Notes: generated from the sequence alone by a model not told the origin. Positions 12,646-23,637 are shown, counted from the stretch's first letter. The stretch: 64,000 nucleotides of DNA from an uncultured Spirochaetota bacterium (GCA_963734495.1 CAVTHK010000013.1:320001-384000); one strand, 5' to 3'. Numbers and translations are program-made.

Positions 12646-13644
12646 TCACCAGGCGTACGCCTTGGGCGCCTCGCCCCCGGGCCCGGGGAAGATCGCGTCC
12701 AGCTTCGAGAGGACCTCGGCGTCGAGCTTGAGGGCCGTCGCGCGCAGGGCGCTCTCGAGCTGCTCGATCGTGCGCGGCCCGATGATCGGCGCGGTCACGA
12801 CCGGGTTCGCGAGGAGCCATGCCAGGCCGACGACCGCGGGAGGCTCCCCGAGCGACTTGCAGAGCGCCTCGTACTGCTCGAGCTTCGCGCGGTTCTTCTC
12901 GACCGTGTCATCGAAGCCCTGCCGGGCCCTGCGGCCTTCCCTCTGCTTCTGCAGCGCTCCGCCAAGCAGGCCGCCCGCGAGCGGGCTCCAGGGGATGAGC
13001 CCCAGCCCGTAGTGGCGGCAGGCGGGGACGACCTCAAGCTCGACCGTGCGGTTGTTGAGGTTGTAGACGCTCTGCTCGCTCGCGAGACCCATCAGGCCGC
13101 GGCGGGAGGCCTCCTGGCATGCGGTCGCGATGTCCCAGCCCGCAAAGTTGCTCGAGCCGACGTACACGACCTTGCCCTGCTTGACGAGCGCGTCGAAGGC
13201 CTGCCACGTCTCCTCCCACGGGCAGTCGCGGTCGACGTGGTGCATCTGGTAGAGGTCGATCGTCTCGGTCTGCAGCCGTTTGAGGCTGCCCTCGCAGTGC
13301 CGCTTGATCTTGAGCGCCGACAGGTTCCGGTTCGAGTGGTTGGGCTCGGGCTTGCCCGGCGGCAGCTCGACAGGGTTGTAGACCTTGGTCGCCAGGACCA
13401 CCGCGTCGCGGCGGCCGCCGCCCTGCGCGAACCAGCGGCCGAGGATCTGCTCGGTGCGGCCGCGGTTCCCCTCGCCGCCGTACACGTCGGCGGTGTCGAA
13501 GAAGTTGATGCCGAGCTCCAGCGCCCGGTCCATGATCCGGAAGCTGTCCGCCTCGCTCGTGTGCGAGCCGAAGTTCATGGTTCCGAGACACAGGTTGCTC
13601 ACGAGAGCCCCGTGCCTCCCCAGTCTGCGGTATTCTATTGCCAT
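12646..13644 (-). CDS. Aldo/keto reductase
   Basis: LCLGTMNFG, GINFFDTADVYG, LATKVY, IDLYQMHHVD, YVGSSN, PWSPLAGGLL, IIGPRT. Confidence 0.95.
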   Translation of the reverse strand: MAIEYRRLGRHGALVSNLCLGTMNFGSHTSEADSFRIMDRALELGINFFDTADVYGGEGNRGRTEQILGRWFAQGGGRRDAVVLATKVYNPVELPPGKPEPNHSNRNLSALKIKRHCEGSLKRLQTETIDLYQMHHVDRDCPWEETWQAFDALVKQGKVVYVGSSNFAGWDIATACQEASRRGLMGLASEQSVYNLNNRTVELEVVPACRHYGLGLIPWSPLAGGLLGGALQKQREGRRARQGFDDTVEKNRAKLEQYEALCKSLGEPPAVVGLAWLLANPVVTAPIIGPRTIEQLESALRATALKLDAEVLSKLDAIFPGPGGEAPKAYAW

Positions 13645-13824
13645 AGTCTCTAGATACGAACTCCGGTGCGGCCGCGTCAACCGGCTTCAACCCGTCGAGT
13701 ACTCAGGGCCAGGGCGCGTGTTCTTGACCGCCTGCGCCGCCTTCCCGTAGTCTCAAGACCTCAGGGGGCCGTCCGCCGGTCGGGTGCGTCGGCGCGCGTC
13801 GCCTCCGGAAGCCGCACCCGAGCC

Positions 13825-15138
13825 GTGAGACGAGCCCCTTTCCCCAAAGAGTACCTCAGCTTCTTTCTCCCGCTGGCGGTCCAGGGTGTGGCGCAGTCTC
13901 TGACCCACCCGCTGGTGGCGATGGTGTCGTCGCACGGACCCGGAGGCGCGCTCGCCCTCGCGGGCCAGGGGCAGGCAGGCAGCCTCATGTTCCTCCTGCA
14001 GACGCTGAACCTGGGGCTGCTCACGACAGGCATGGTGTTCGGCCGCACGCGCGGTGGTTTCCGGGTGTTCCTGGGCGCCTGGGCGACGCTGGGGGCGGTC
14101 ACGGTGAGCGCCCAGATCGTGGCCGCGATCCCGGCCGTGTCGCACTGGCTGTTCGCGGGGGTCATCGGGCTGCCGCCCGGCATAGAGGGGCCCGCGCGCA
14201 TCAGCTTCGCGACGGGCATCCTCGCGCGCTTTCTCTTTCACCTGCGGATGCCGTTCCAGGTGATCCTGCTCAACAACCGCGCGAGCTCCCGGGCCAGCGC
14301 GGCGGCGATCGGCCGCGTGGCGCTCGCGCTGCTGCTTGCGCCGCTTTTTGTCCGCACGGGGCTGGTCGGCAACTTCTGGGGCGAGGTCTGCCTGGCGATC
14401 TCGGCTCTCTTCGAGCTGGTCGCGGTCGCGATCATGGCGCGGCCGTACCTCGCCCGCTTCGTGCCCGAGACTCCCGCGGAGGCCAAGCCGTCGTCGGTCC
14501 GCGGCCTGATCGCCTTTACCCTCCCTCTCTCCCTGGGCTCCACGATCCTCAGCCTCTCGGGCAACCTGCTGTCCGCGTTCATGGCGCGCGCTCCCAGCCC
14601 GGAGATCGTCCTGCCGGTCTACCAGCTTGCCCTTACCGTGACGGGCACTCTGTCGTACGCGAGCACGCAGGTGGAGCGGGTGGTGGTCGCGTTCGCGCCG
14701 GGATCCCTCGCCGACCGTTCGACGACGCGCTTCGCGGCCGCCGTGGGGATCGTGACCGGCCTGCTGCCGCTCCTGTTCCAGCTGGAGCCGCTGCGCAGCG
14801 CTTACTTCGTGACCGTGCAGAACCTGCCCCGCGAGCGGCTGGGCTCGCTCGGCCTGTTGACGGTTTTGCTCACGGGCCAGGGGCTGGTGATCGCGATGCG
14901 CTCGCGCCTCACAGGTGTCGCTTCCTCCCTGGGCGCGCCCGCGATCGTGCTGGGCGGCAACGCGGCGCTTCTCGCGGCCATGACTGCGACCGGCGCGTTC
15001 TGCCTGTCGGCGGGCGTGCCGGGGCTCCTGATCGGGCCGCTGGGGATGTACGTTTCCAACGCAGCCGCGATCCTGACCATGACCGTGCTGGCGAGGCGGC
15101 GGGTGAGACAGCCGGCAGCGTCCGCCGCGGCTCAGTGA
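13825..15138 (+). CDS. MATE/ANKH-like multi-pass membrane protein
   Basis: About 12 hydrophobic helices in two halves beginning FFLPLA and FTLPLS; GTG start inferred downstream of TTGACC...TAGTCT. Confidence 0.6.
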   Translation: MRRAPFPKEYLSFFLPLAVQGVAQSLTHPLVAMVSSHGPGGALALAGQGQAGSLMFLLQTLNLGLLTTGMVFGRTRGGFRVFLGAWATLGAVTVSAQIVAAIPAVSHWLFAGVIGLPPGIEGPARISFATGILARFLFHLRMPFQVILLNNRASSRASAAAIGRVALALLLAPLFVRTGLVGNFWGEVCLAISALFELVAVAIMARPYLARFVPETPAEAKPSSVRGLIAFTLPLSLGSTILSLSGNLLSAFMARAPSPEIVLPVYQLALTVTGTLSYASTQVERVVVAFAPGSLADRSTTRFAAAVGIVTGLLPLLFQLEPLRSAYFVTVQNLPRERLGSLGLLTVLLTGQGLVIAMRSRLTGVASSLGAPAIVLGGNAALLAAMTATGAFCLSAGVPGLLIGPLGMYVSNAAAILTMTVLARRRVRQPAASAAAQ

Positions 15139-15908
15139 GTCTTTTCGAGGGTCTCGATCCAGAACCAGAGCGATTCGCGGACGCGCTCCCGAACCAGGCC
15201 CATGTCCTTGCGGCGGATGGCGTCCAGCACCGACTCGTGGTTGCGCCACGCAAGCATCGGGTCCGCTTCGACGCTCTTCTCGATCGAGGCGAAGAAGAGG
15301 CGGTAGATGGTCCTTCCGATCTTCGAGAGCAGCCGGTTGCCGGAGAGATCGAGGAGCGCCTCGTGGAACGCGAGGTCGAGGTCGCGGAACTGGTGGGGCT
15401 CGTGCGCGGCCTTCTGCGCTTCCTCATGCAGCCGCTCGTTCGCCTCCTCGAGAGGCCGGAGGTCCGGATGCGCCTCGCGCCGCAGCATCAGCTCGACGGC
15501 CGCGCTGTCCAGCACGACGCGCATCTGGATGAACTCGAGCGAGGTGCCCTGCTCGACGATGAGGCTGAGGATCAGCGGCGTCAGCACCGCGGGCGACGTG
15601 CTGCGGGCCACGAAGGTGCCGGAGCCCCTGCGGATCTCCACGGCCCCGACGGACGAGAGCATCTTGATCGCCTCGCGCACGGAGTTGCGGCCGACGCCCA
15701 GCTTCTGCGCGAGATCGGTCTCGGTGGGCAGCTTGTCTCCGGGCTTCAAGTCGCCGTTGAGCAGAGCGTTCGTGATCAGGTCTACGATCGAAGAAGAGAC
15801 CGAGTCGCCCCTGATGGGTCTCAGCGATTGCTCGAAACCGTTGTCTGCCACCGCCGGCCGTCCGCCTGCGACAACACTAACCCGAGTCGGTCCCGTTCCG
15901 CCACTCAC
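15132..15908 (-). CDS. GntR/FadR family transcriptional regulator (start could be GTG 15851)
   Basis: LKPGDKLPTETDLAQKLGVGRNSVREAIKML...RRGSGTFV; FCD domain DLAFH...SGN. Confidence 0.95.
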   Translation of the reverse strand: MSGGTGPTRVSVVAGGRPAVADNGFEQSLRPIRGDSVSSSIVDLITNALLNGDLKPGDKLPTETDLAQKLGVGRNSVREAIKMLSSVGAVEIRRGSGTFVARSTSPAVLTPLILSLIVEQGTSLEFIQMRVVLDSAAVELMLRREAHPDLRPLEEANERLHEEAQKAAHEPHQFRDLDLAFHEALLDLSGNRLLSKIGRTIYRLFFASIEKSVEADPMLAWRNHESVLDAIRRKDMGLVRERVRESLWFWIETLEKTH

Positions 15909-17572
15909 CGCAGCCGCCCGTGCACGACGTGCAGCACCCAGTCCTCGGCATCGGGGGCCGCGAACCGCTCCAGCCCCCCTCCCGCCACCGCAGGCCGCTC
16001 GCTCGTCTCCCCCGTGCGCGGGTTGAGCCAGCTCACCTCATACGGCCCCGCCGCCAGCCGCAGCCCCGCGCTCCCGCCCGCCGCGTAGTACACCAGGTAC
16101 TCCCGCCCCGCCTCCGCAAGGCAGTACACCAGGTTGCTCGCTTCCACCAGCAGCCCATCCGAGGGCTCCATCCGCCACCACGCCACCCCAGCCGTCTCGA
16201 TGAGCTCGGCCATCCGCGCGAGGTCCGCGTAGATCGGAGGGTCGCCCGCAAGGGCGAACAGCTTCGACTCGTACAGCCTCTTCCCGTCGGCCACCGGATA
16301 GTGGCGGTCCACCCGTCCCATCATGAACCCGCTCGCCAGCGCCACCCAGTACCCGCGCCGCTCCCAGCCGTAGCGGTTGTTGTTGAACCGGTCCTGCTCC
16401 CCGATGATCGCCGGCCGGTCGTAGCCCCAGAACCGCTCCCCGAACCGGTTCAGGTTCGCGCAGAACAGCACGGGGTCGTCCATCGTCGTGTGCTCCTGCG
16501 TGATCATGATGTTGTTCCTGCTGTGCCGCACCAGCTCCGCGCACTCCCCCGTGTCCCCGATCGCCTGCAGCCGCCCGTGCGGGTCGCGCGCAGCCACGTA
16601 GTCGCCCCAGTGCCCGTACCACGCCGCGTGCCGCGCAGCACCGGGCCGGTCGATGTTCCCGCACTCCGCTCGCCAGCGCCCACCACAGGTTCCAGTACGC
16701 CGAAAGCCGCGCCACCGTGTAGGCCACGTAGCGGCCTATGTACTCGACGTGAGCGCGGTTGCCCAGGTCGAACATCTCGGCGAACCCGTCCCGTCGCGAT
16801 CGCTGTCCTCCAGCCACCCGCCGTTGGCCGCGTTCAGCGGGTGGTGCGACCACTCGAGCTGCCGCCACACCGAGTTGTCGTACAGCAGCTCCAGCCCGTA
16901 GAAGATCCCCTTCTCCTTCGCGTAGCCGATCGTGCGGTCGAGCCTGCGGTAGTAGTCGAGGTTGAAGCGCTCCCGGTCGATCCGGTTCGCCTTCGCGTCC
17001 ACCACCTTCCACGGCCACTCGAACGAAGGGTCCGTGTTGAAGTCCTGCCGCGCATAGATCTGGTTCACCACGATAAGCAGGTTCACGCCGTAGCGGCCGA
17101 GGGTGTCGAGGTAGGCGCGCACGTCCGCCTCGCTCGGGTAGCCGTAGCGCAGGTCGCCGTGCTCGCTCCTGTTGCCGAAGCCGGGGTGCGGCGCACCACC
17201 CGTCGTTGACGACGAAGAAGGGCCTGCCGTCGGCGCGGAAGAACCAGTTGGGGAACTGCGGGTCGACTGCGAGCGGACCGCGCGAGACGGGCGCGGTGCA
17301 CGCGAACGAGCCGCTCCTGCCGTCGAGGGCCGGGTCGTCGGAAACGGTGCGCCAGCGCCAGCGCCCCTCGACGGGCGGGGCGAAGCGGACGCGCCAGAGA
17401 CCGCCGCGGCCGCCTTCAACTTCACCATCATAGAAACCTTCGATCCAGAGCCGCCGGTCGGGGCCGTCGAAGACGACGGTGAGGCTCACGTCCGTGAACG
17501 GGTTGTCGTAGCGCCGCTCGCTCGCAAACGACTCTTCGAAGATCTCCCACTTCGCGACCGATCTGTCCGCCA
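15905..17572 (-). CDS. DUF5060/DUF4038-type putative glycoside hydrolase with C-terminal putative collagen-binding domain (frameshifted)
   Basis: KWEIFE...YDNPFTDV...GFYDG...WRVRFAP..EGRWRW; RFNLDYYRRLD; VARLSAYWN; YCLAEAGREYLVY...WLNPRTG...DWVLHV. Confidence 0.75.
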
Positions 17573-17608
17573 TACGCTCCCTTTCGCCGAAGCGCGCGCC
17601 GGCCCGCC

Positions 17609-18472
17609 CTATCCCTTGATGCCGGTCATGCTGATGCCTTCCACGTAGTAGCGCTGCAGCACCGTGAACAGCGCGAGGATCGGGACCACCGCGGCCACCG
17701 TCCCGGCCATCAGCAGGCGCCACTGCGTCCCGTACTGCCCCACGAAGATGCCGAGGCCCAGCATGACGGTCATCTTCTTCGTGCTGTTGATGTAGATCAG
17801 CGGATCCATGAATGCGTTCCACGTCCACATGAAGCTGATCACCGCCATGGTCGCCAGCGCGGTGCTCGCGAGCGGCATGATGATGTAAAGGTAGACCTGG
17901 AACGAAGAGCAGCCGTCCATCTTGCCGGAGTCCTGCAGCTCGTCGGGGATCGTGATGTAGAACTGCCTCATCAGGAAGATCCCGTAGGCGAAGAACAGGC
18001 TCGGAGGGATGATCAGCGGCAGGTGCGTGTCCACCCACCCGAGGTAGAACATCAGCAGGTACTCCGGGATGAGGATCACGGCGCGCGGCACCATCATCGT
18101 CGCGAGCACGACGAGCATGAGGAAGTTGCGGCCCTTGAAATGCAGCTTCGCGAACGTGTAGCCGGCGAGCGACGCGAGGAAGAGCCGGGCCACGGTGACG
18201 ATCGTCGTGATCTTGAAGGAGTTGGCGAAGAAACGGCTGAAAGGCAGGGTCTTGAAGGCCTGCACGTAGTTGTTGAAGGTGACCGGCCACGGGATCCACT
18301 CGGGCGGATAGCCGAACTCCTTGCCGGGGATCTTGAGCGAGGTCGACAGCGCCCAGAGGAACGGCGCCACCATCACGACCGTGCCGGCGGAGAGCACCAG
18401 CGTCACGAGGATGTTGCCGAGCACGCGTGTGGCCGCTGCGCGCGCTCATCTCATGCGCCCCCTCTGCTTCAT
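17609..18472 (-). CDS. Carbohydrate ABC transporter permease (MalG-like); 5' end uncertain (in-frame TGA at 18446, alternative GTG at 18424)
   Basis: PFLWALSTSLK, EAA loop IPDELQDSGKMDG, WNAFMDPL, QRYYVEGI. Confidence 0.92.
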
Positions 18473-19359
18473 GCATGGACCCACTTGTCGCTCAGCTTCC
18501 ACTGCGCGAGGGTCATCAGGAAGATGAGGAAGAAGAGGACCCACGCCATCGAGGCCGCGTAGCCCATGCGCAGGAACTGGAAGGCGCTCTCCCAGAGGTA
18601 GAACATGATGACCTTGGTGGAGTCCTCGGGGCCGCCCATCGTCATGGTGTAGATGGCGTCGAAGACCTGGAACGAGTTGATCACCGAGGTCACGGCGAGA
18701 AAGAAGGTCGTCGGGCTGATCAGGGGCAGCGTGATCTTCCAGAACTGCTGCCACGAACTGGCCCCGTCGATGCGCGAGGCCTCGTAGAGCTGCTCGGGCA
18801 CGCCCTGCAGTGCCGCGAGGTAGATCATCATGTTGAAGCCGAGCCCCTTCCACACGTTGACAAGGATCACCGACGGCATCGCCCACGTGCTGCTCACGAG
18901 CCAGTCCGGCCCCTGGATTCCGGCCAGCCCGAGCACGTAGTTCACAAGGCCGAACTCCGGGTTGTAGAGCCAGCGCCACACCAGGCCGACCGCCACCCAG
19001 GAGGACACGACGGGGATGAAGTAGGCGGTCCGGAAGATGACGCGGCCGCGGATCGGACGGTTCATCATCAGGGCGAGCAGGAGCGAGAGGACGAGGCCGA
19101 GCGGGATGCCGGTAAAGGCGAAGTAGGCCGTGTTGCCGAGCGTCTTCCAGAACCTCGCGTCGCTCAGCATGCGCGTGTAGTTCGCAAACCCAACGAACTT
19201 CGGCGGCTCGACGAGCGTGTAGGTCGTGAGGCTCAGGTATATGGAGGCGAGAAACGGGATGAGCAGGAAGACGCCGATCCCGACCAGGACGGGGCTGATG
19301 AACAGGTACGCGTCGCGGGCTTCGCGCGAACCGAGCGCGCGGACTCTCCTCTTCGCCAC
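18469..19359 (-). CDS. Carbohydrate ABC transporter permease (MalF/UgpA-like)
   Basis: FVGFANY, LYEASRIDGA, TMGGP, MGYAASMA. Confidence 0.95.
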   Translation of the reverse strand: MAKRRVRALGSREARDAYLFISPVLVGIGVFLLIPFLASIYLSLTTYTLVEPPKFVGFANYTRMLSDARFWKTLGNTAYFAFTGIPLGLVLSLLLALMMNRPIRGRVIFRTAYFIPVVSSWVAVGLVWRWLYNPEFGLVNYVLGLAGIQGPDWLVSSTWAMPSVILVNVWKGLGFNMMIYLAALQGVPEQLYEASRIDGASSWQQFWKITLPLISPTTFFLAVTSVINSFQVFDAIYTMTMGGPEDSTKVIMFYLWESAFQFLRMGYAASMAWVLFFLIFLMTLAQWKLSDKWVHA

Positions 19360-19372
19360 TTCCGCCTCCGCG

Positions 19373-19402
19373 AAAACGGGCGCGGGGGAGACCCCGCGCC
19401 CG
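19373..19402 (-). terminator. Intra-operon stem-loop followed by U4 after the binding-protein gene
   Basis: 11-bp stem 19377-19387/19392-19402, 4-nt loop, then TTTT on the minus strand. Confidence 0.7.
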
Positions 19403-19431
19403 CGTAGATCAAGCGTTCGAGAGCGCCCCGC

Positions 19432-20768
19432 TTACGGGGTCACCGTGTCCACGTCCGCATAGGGCCTGTACTGGATCTCGTTGTTGATGGTCTCCTGGAT
19501 GTCCTTGACGAACGTGTCCGCCGCTTCCTTGGCGGTCTTGGTCCCGAGGAAGAGCCCCTCGACGTCCCGGTTCCACTTGCGAGTCCACCTCGGCGCCCTG
19601 CAGCAGGAACTCGGAGATGCGCGAGGTCTTCTCCAGGATCGTGAGGAAGATCTGCTCGTCTTCGGGAGTGTCGGGCCGCACGAACGCGTCCGAGTAGGCG
19701 ATCGTCTTGATGATCGGGATGCGCGGCGATGTTGGCGAGGAAGGTCTGAGGCTCCTTGTCGGTGCTGAGCCACTTCATGACCTCCCAGGCCGCCATCTTG
19801 TTCTGCGCGTAGGACGGCATCGACCACCCCTCGTAGGTCGCGCGGGTCAGGCTGTTCGCCGGGCCCTTGACCGGCATGGCGACGCCGTAGTCGAGGGTGC
19901 CCGCCTTGCGCGAGTCGCGGTAGGCCAGCAGGCCCCAGTTGCCGTTCTCCCACATCGCCAGGCGTCCCGCCTTGAACAGCGTGTCGGAGCCCTCTTCCTT
20001 CTCGACCGAAGCCGAAGGGGCGACGTGGTACTTGTTGCGGAGGTCGGTGTAGGCCTGCAGGCCCGCGATCGCCGCCGGGTCGCTCAGCGTCGACTTGGTC
20101 TTGCCCTTGTCGAAGAGGTTGCCGCCGGCCCTCCAGATCCAGGTCTGCGGGTAGAGCCACTGCGTGCGGATCCCGAAGCCGTAGGTGTACGGCTTGCCGT
20201 CCTTCTGCGTGGTCGTCTTCTGCGCCGCGTCGAGGAACTGCTCGTAGGTGATCCCGGCCTTCGGGTCGGAGACGCCCGTCGTCCTTGAACAGCTTGTTGT
20301 TGTAGTACATGCCGACGACGTCGCCCTTGAACGGCAGCGCGTAGATCTTGCCCTTGTACATGAAGGGGATCCAGCTGTCCTTGAAGAACTTCGAGGTGTC
20401 GATGTCCTTCTTCACCAGGTCGGTGAGGTCCATGAACTGGTCGCGCACGAAGTACTCGCCGACCCAGTCGTCGTCGGACCGCAGAATGTCCGGGAGCTGC
20501 TTGGCCGCCATCATGACCTTGAACTTGTCCCAGTAGCCGCTGCCCGGAACCATCTGGAGCTCGACCACGATGTGGCTGAACTTCTTGTTCCAGAGCTTGA
20601 CCGCCTCCTCCATGATCTGCATGGTCTCCAGCGATCCGCCACCGTACAAGCACCTTGAGCTGCACCGGGCCCTTGCGTGCCCGCCTCCTGCTTGCCGCTG
20701 GCCGCCACGGTCGCCGCCGTGAGAACGACCAGAACGAGCACGAGCGCCCTCTTGATGATCTTTCTCAT
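19432..20768 (-). CDS. Sugar ABC transporter substrate-binding protein (about 4 frameshifts)
   Basis: Signal MRKIIKRALVLVLVVLTAATVAASGKQE; YKGKIYALP, MYYNNKLF, FKAGRLAMW, AAWEVMKWL. Confidence 0.88.
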
Positions 20769-21746
20769 CTCCAGGCCTCCTCCTCGATACTTCTCTCAGC
20801 TCCGACGGAGCTTGTTCGCGCCAGATACGTAATACGGCGCGGCGGCCTCGTGCCCGCCCGGTCGCGACGGCGGCCGGCCGCGTCGCCGGCTCGATCGGCG
20901 CCCAGGTGCTCCGCGACGAAACGCAGCGACTGCGTCATCGCCGCCCGGATCGCCGGGAGCGCGACCGGCGGCTCCCGCGGATCGAGGGCGATCCGCCAGT
21001 CCGGCCCGCGGTGGTGGCGCAGGGGAAGCTCGATGGCGAGGGGCGGAGCCTCCGATCCCAGCCGCCGAAGGATTGTATCATAGTGGGTGACCCCTGCGCC
21101 GATCGGGACGAACCGCCACCCGAACCCGTCCCGCGCGATCTCCTTGAGGTGCAGGTGAGCCGCCACGGGCAGGGCGTCGACGTAGTCCTGCTCCGGACGC
21201 AGCGCTCCCCGCGAATAGGAGTAGATGTTGGAGAAATCGTAGTTCAGACGGACGCACGGAGAGCCGATGCGTTCCACGAGATCAGCGCCCGCGCGGCCGC
21301 TGTCGACGATGTTGTCGCTGCCGTCGCCCGGGTTTTCCAGGCAGATCGTGATGCCCGCGCGCTCGGCGATCGGGATGACGGCCTCCACGGCGGCGAGAAA
21401 GTCCCGCTCCCGCTGCCGCTGGCTCGTGTTGGTGTGCACGAAGCGCGCGCCGAGCGCCGCTGCGAACTCGATCCGCCGGCGGAAGCCCGCGCGCGCCCGC
21501 TGGCAGGCCGAGGTCCATGTGGGCGCCGACGGAGCGGACTGCCAACCCGTTGGCGCGCGCCGCGGCTGCCAGGCGGGCGGCGTTGGCCGGCGAGAACCAG
21601 CCGTCGTCCATCTCCGGGTAGTAGGCCGCGATCAGCGCGGGCTCGACGTACCGCGCCCCGGCGGCCGCGATCTCGGCGAACGCCACCTCGAGGTCGTGGC
21701 CGTGCCAGGCCAGTGTGTTGATCGCGACCCCGCCGTCCGGAAGCAT
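20765..21746 (-). CDS. Sugar phosphate isomerase/epimerase, xylose-isomerase-like TIM barrel (frameshift near 21480)
   Basis: GARYVE, ICLENPG, LNYDFSN, HLHLKE, PIGAG, LAIEL; TGATG coupling to the upstream cupin. Confidence 0.8.
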
Positions 21747-22153
21747 CAGCCCCTGGAACCTTTCTTCCTGGCGTCTTCGGCTGCTTTCTGGATGCGGTCC
21801 AGGTTCTCCTTGGCCGTGTAGCCGGGAACGAACACGGTCGCGAGCTTGATCGACTCCGGCCCCGTGTTCCTGATCTGGTGCATCTCGCCGGCCCTCGCCT
21901 ACAGCGCCATGTCCGGCTCGACCGGGATCTCCTTGCCGTCGCAGACCGCGACGCCGCGGCCGGAGACGATGAGGATCAGCTCGGGACGGTCGTGGGCGTG
22001 GTAGTCGGTCTGGCTGCCCGGATCGATGATCGCGTGGCTGAACGTGATCTCCGGCACGCCGCGGACATCGGGGGCGAGCATGACCTTGATGTGCCTGCTG
22101 TAGGGCGCGGGAATCGTGACCGCCTTCTCTTGCCAGCATCTGATGACTTCCAT
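21746..22153 (-). CDS. Cupin domain protein (in-frame TAG at 21899-21901)
   Basis: PGSQTDYHAHDRPELILIVSGRG...MAL*ARAGEMHQIRNTG...VFVPG; the same frame continues past the TAG. Confidence 0.85.
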
Positions 22154-22243
22154 GGGCTCTCCTTGTCGTCGACGGGATGTTCGGCGCGGCGCCGGCACTT
22201 CCTTTGCGAAAGAAACCTGGCGGCCAACGCCGAGGCCCGCAAA

Positions 22244-22293
22244 ACATCCTACGTACTACGTCCCATCTCTAACAGCGGCCGGACCCCTGTCAA
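22244..22293 (-). promoter_or_regulatory. Sigma70-type promoter of the sugar operon with a downstream FadR-like operator
   Basis: TTGACA 22293-22288, weak -10 near 22265-22271; palindrome ACGTA-C-TACGT 22251-22261 overlapping an imperfect copy ACATCCTACGT 22244-22254. Confidence 0.6.
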
Positions 22294-22642
22294 TCCCGAA
22301 CTGGAGCATTGATCACGCGATCGGGCATCCGCGACAACAAGGTATTCATCGCATCACCTTCACTACGTGCAACCGACCGGTACGCCCTCAGCTCGCCGTT
22401 GTTAACAGCGCCACGGGTGCCCTCATGGATTGAGCGGGAGACTGTCCTGCTCGACGAACGTCGCGGCGGCAGCCCGCAACTGAAAACGGTCCCGCCGAGA
22501 CCGCGTGTGGTCGACCCCTTGCCCTGTACTCGCCGCAAGCGTGTCGGCGGAAGTAACTTCACCATCCCCTTGCCCACCGACCGCGGCGAAACGGCCGGCG
22601 ACTGTACGGAAATCGTTCAGCGCGCCGCGCGCCGTTTGGCCA

Positions 22643-23578
22643 ATGGAGGTAAATTTGTCACGCCCTCGCGCCTGGCTCTCGATCCTGAGGCTGCAGTTCT
22701 ATCCCATGACTCCGGTCGTCGTCGCATGGGGTGCGCTTACGGCCGGCCGGGCCGCCGGCAGGCTCGACGCAGCGGCTCTGGCGCTGGCCGCGGCTGCGAT
22801 GATCCTGCTCGAAGTCGCCACCGTCCTCATCAACGAGCTGGTGGACTTTGCCAGCGACGCGCTGAACCGCAACGCCGGGCCGTTCACGGGCGGGAGTCGC
22901 GTCCTTGTCCGCGGCGGGCTCGAGCAGGGCGACGTCAGGCGCGCCGTCGCGCTGGCCCTCCTCGGGTACGCGGTGTGCGCCGCGGCGCTGGCGGCGCGGC
23001 TCGCGCCCGGCCACGGGCTGCCGCCGGCCGCGGCGCTGCTGCTGGTCGGGCCGGTGTTCGCTCTCGGCTACACCGCCCCACCGCTTCGCCTCTGCTACCG
23101 CGGCCTCGGCGAGCTCGACGTCGCGCTGGTCACCGGACCCTACCTCTTCCTGATCGGCTACGCTGTGCAGGGGGCGGGATGGCCGCGCGGCGCGGACCTC
23201 GCGCCTCTGCTTCCCCTCGCGCTCGCGATCTTCGCCGCGATCACGCTCGCGGGAATCCCCGACGAGGCGGCCGACCGGGCCGTTTCGAAGAGGACCCTCG
23301 CCGTTCTGCTGGGCCCGCGTCCGGCCGCGGTTGTGGCCGGCGTCGCTGCGCTCGGGGCATCAGCAGCCGCGCTGCGCCTCGGCCTTCCCGTGGGCCGCAC
23401 GGTCGCCGAGCTGGCCGCTGTCCACGGGTGCATCGCGGCATGCGCCGCCATTCTGCTCGCGCGCCGCCGCGGCATCGACCGCCGCATCGACCTCTCGCTC
23501 GTGATCGCGCTCACGCTGATCCCCTGGTTCGGGCTTGCTCCGCTGGTGGCGTCGCTCGCGCGAGCTGGCGTGCAGTAG
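22643..23578 (+). CDS. UbiA/MenA family prenyltransferase
   Basis: INELVDFASD...NRNAGPFTGGSRVL, YTAPPLRLCYRGLGE, IPDEAADRAVSKRTLAV. Confidence 0.88.
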   Translation: MEVNLSRPRAWLSILRLQFYPMTPVVVAWGALTAGRAAGRLDAAALALAAAAMILLEVATVLINELVDFASDALNRNAGPFTGGSRVLVRGGLEQGDVRRAVALALLGYAVCAAALAARLAPGHGLPPAAALLLVGPVFALGYTAPPLRLCYRGLGELDVALVTGPYLFLIGYAVQGAGWPRGADLAPLLPLALAIFAAITLAGIPDEAADRAVSKRTLAVLLGPRPAAVVAGVAALGASAAALRLGLPVGRTVAELAAVHGCIAACAAILLARRRGIDRRIDLSLVIALTLIPWFGLAPLVASLARAGVQ

Positions 23579-23598
23579 GCCCGAGTCGGCACCCGCCC

Positions 23599-23637
23599 AC
23601 TCAGGAGCGGGCGAGCCCGACTCAGGAGCGGGCAAGC
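23599..23637. repeat. Direct repeat (21-bp period) duplicating the last codons and stop of the minus-strand gene
   Basis: ACTCAGGAGCGGGC(G/A)AGC at 23599 and 23620. Confidence 0.85.

Noticed and set aside
22295-22640. Lower-GC spacer encoding GIHRITFTTCNR, faintly like the N-terminus of a REP-associated tyrosine transposase
   Set aside because: No HUH motif or continuous ORF; similarity too short to support
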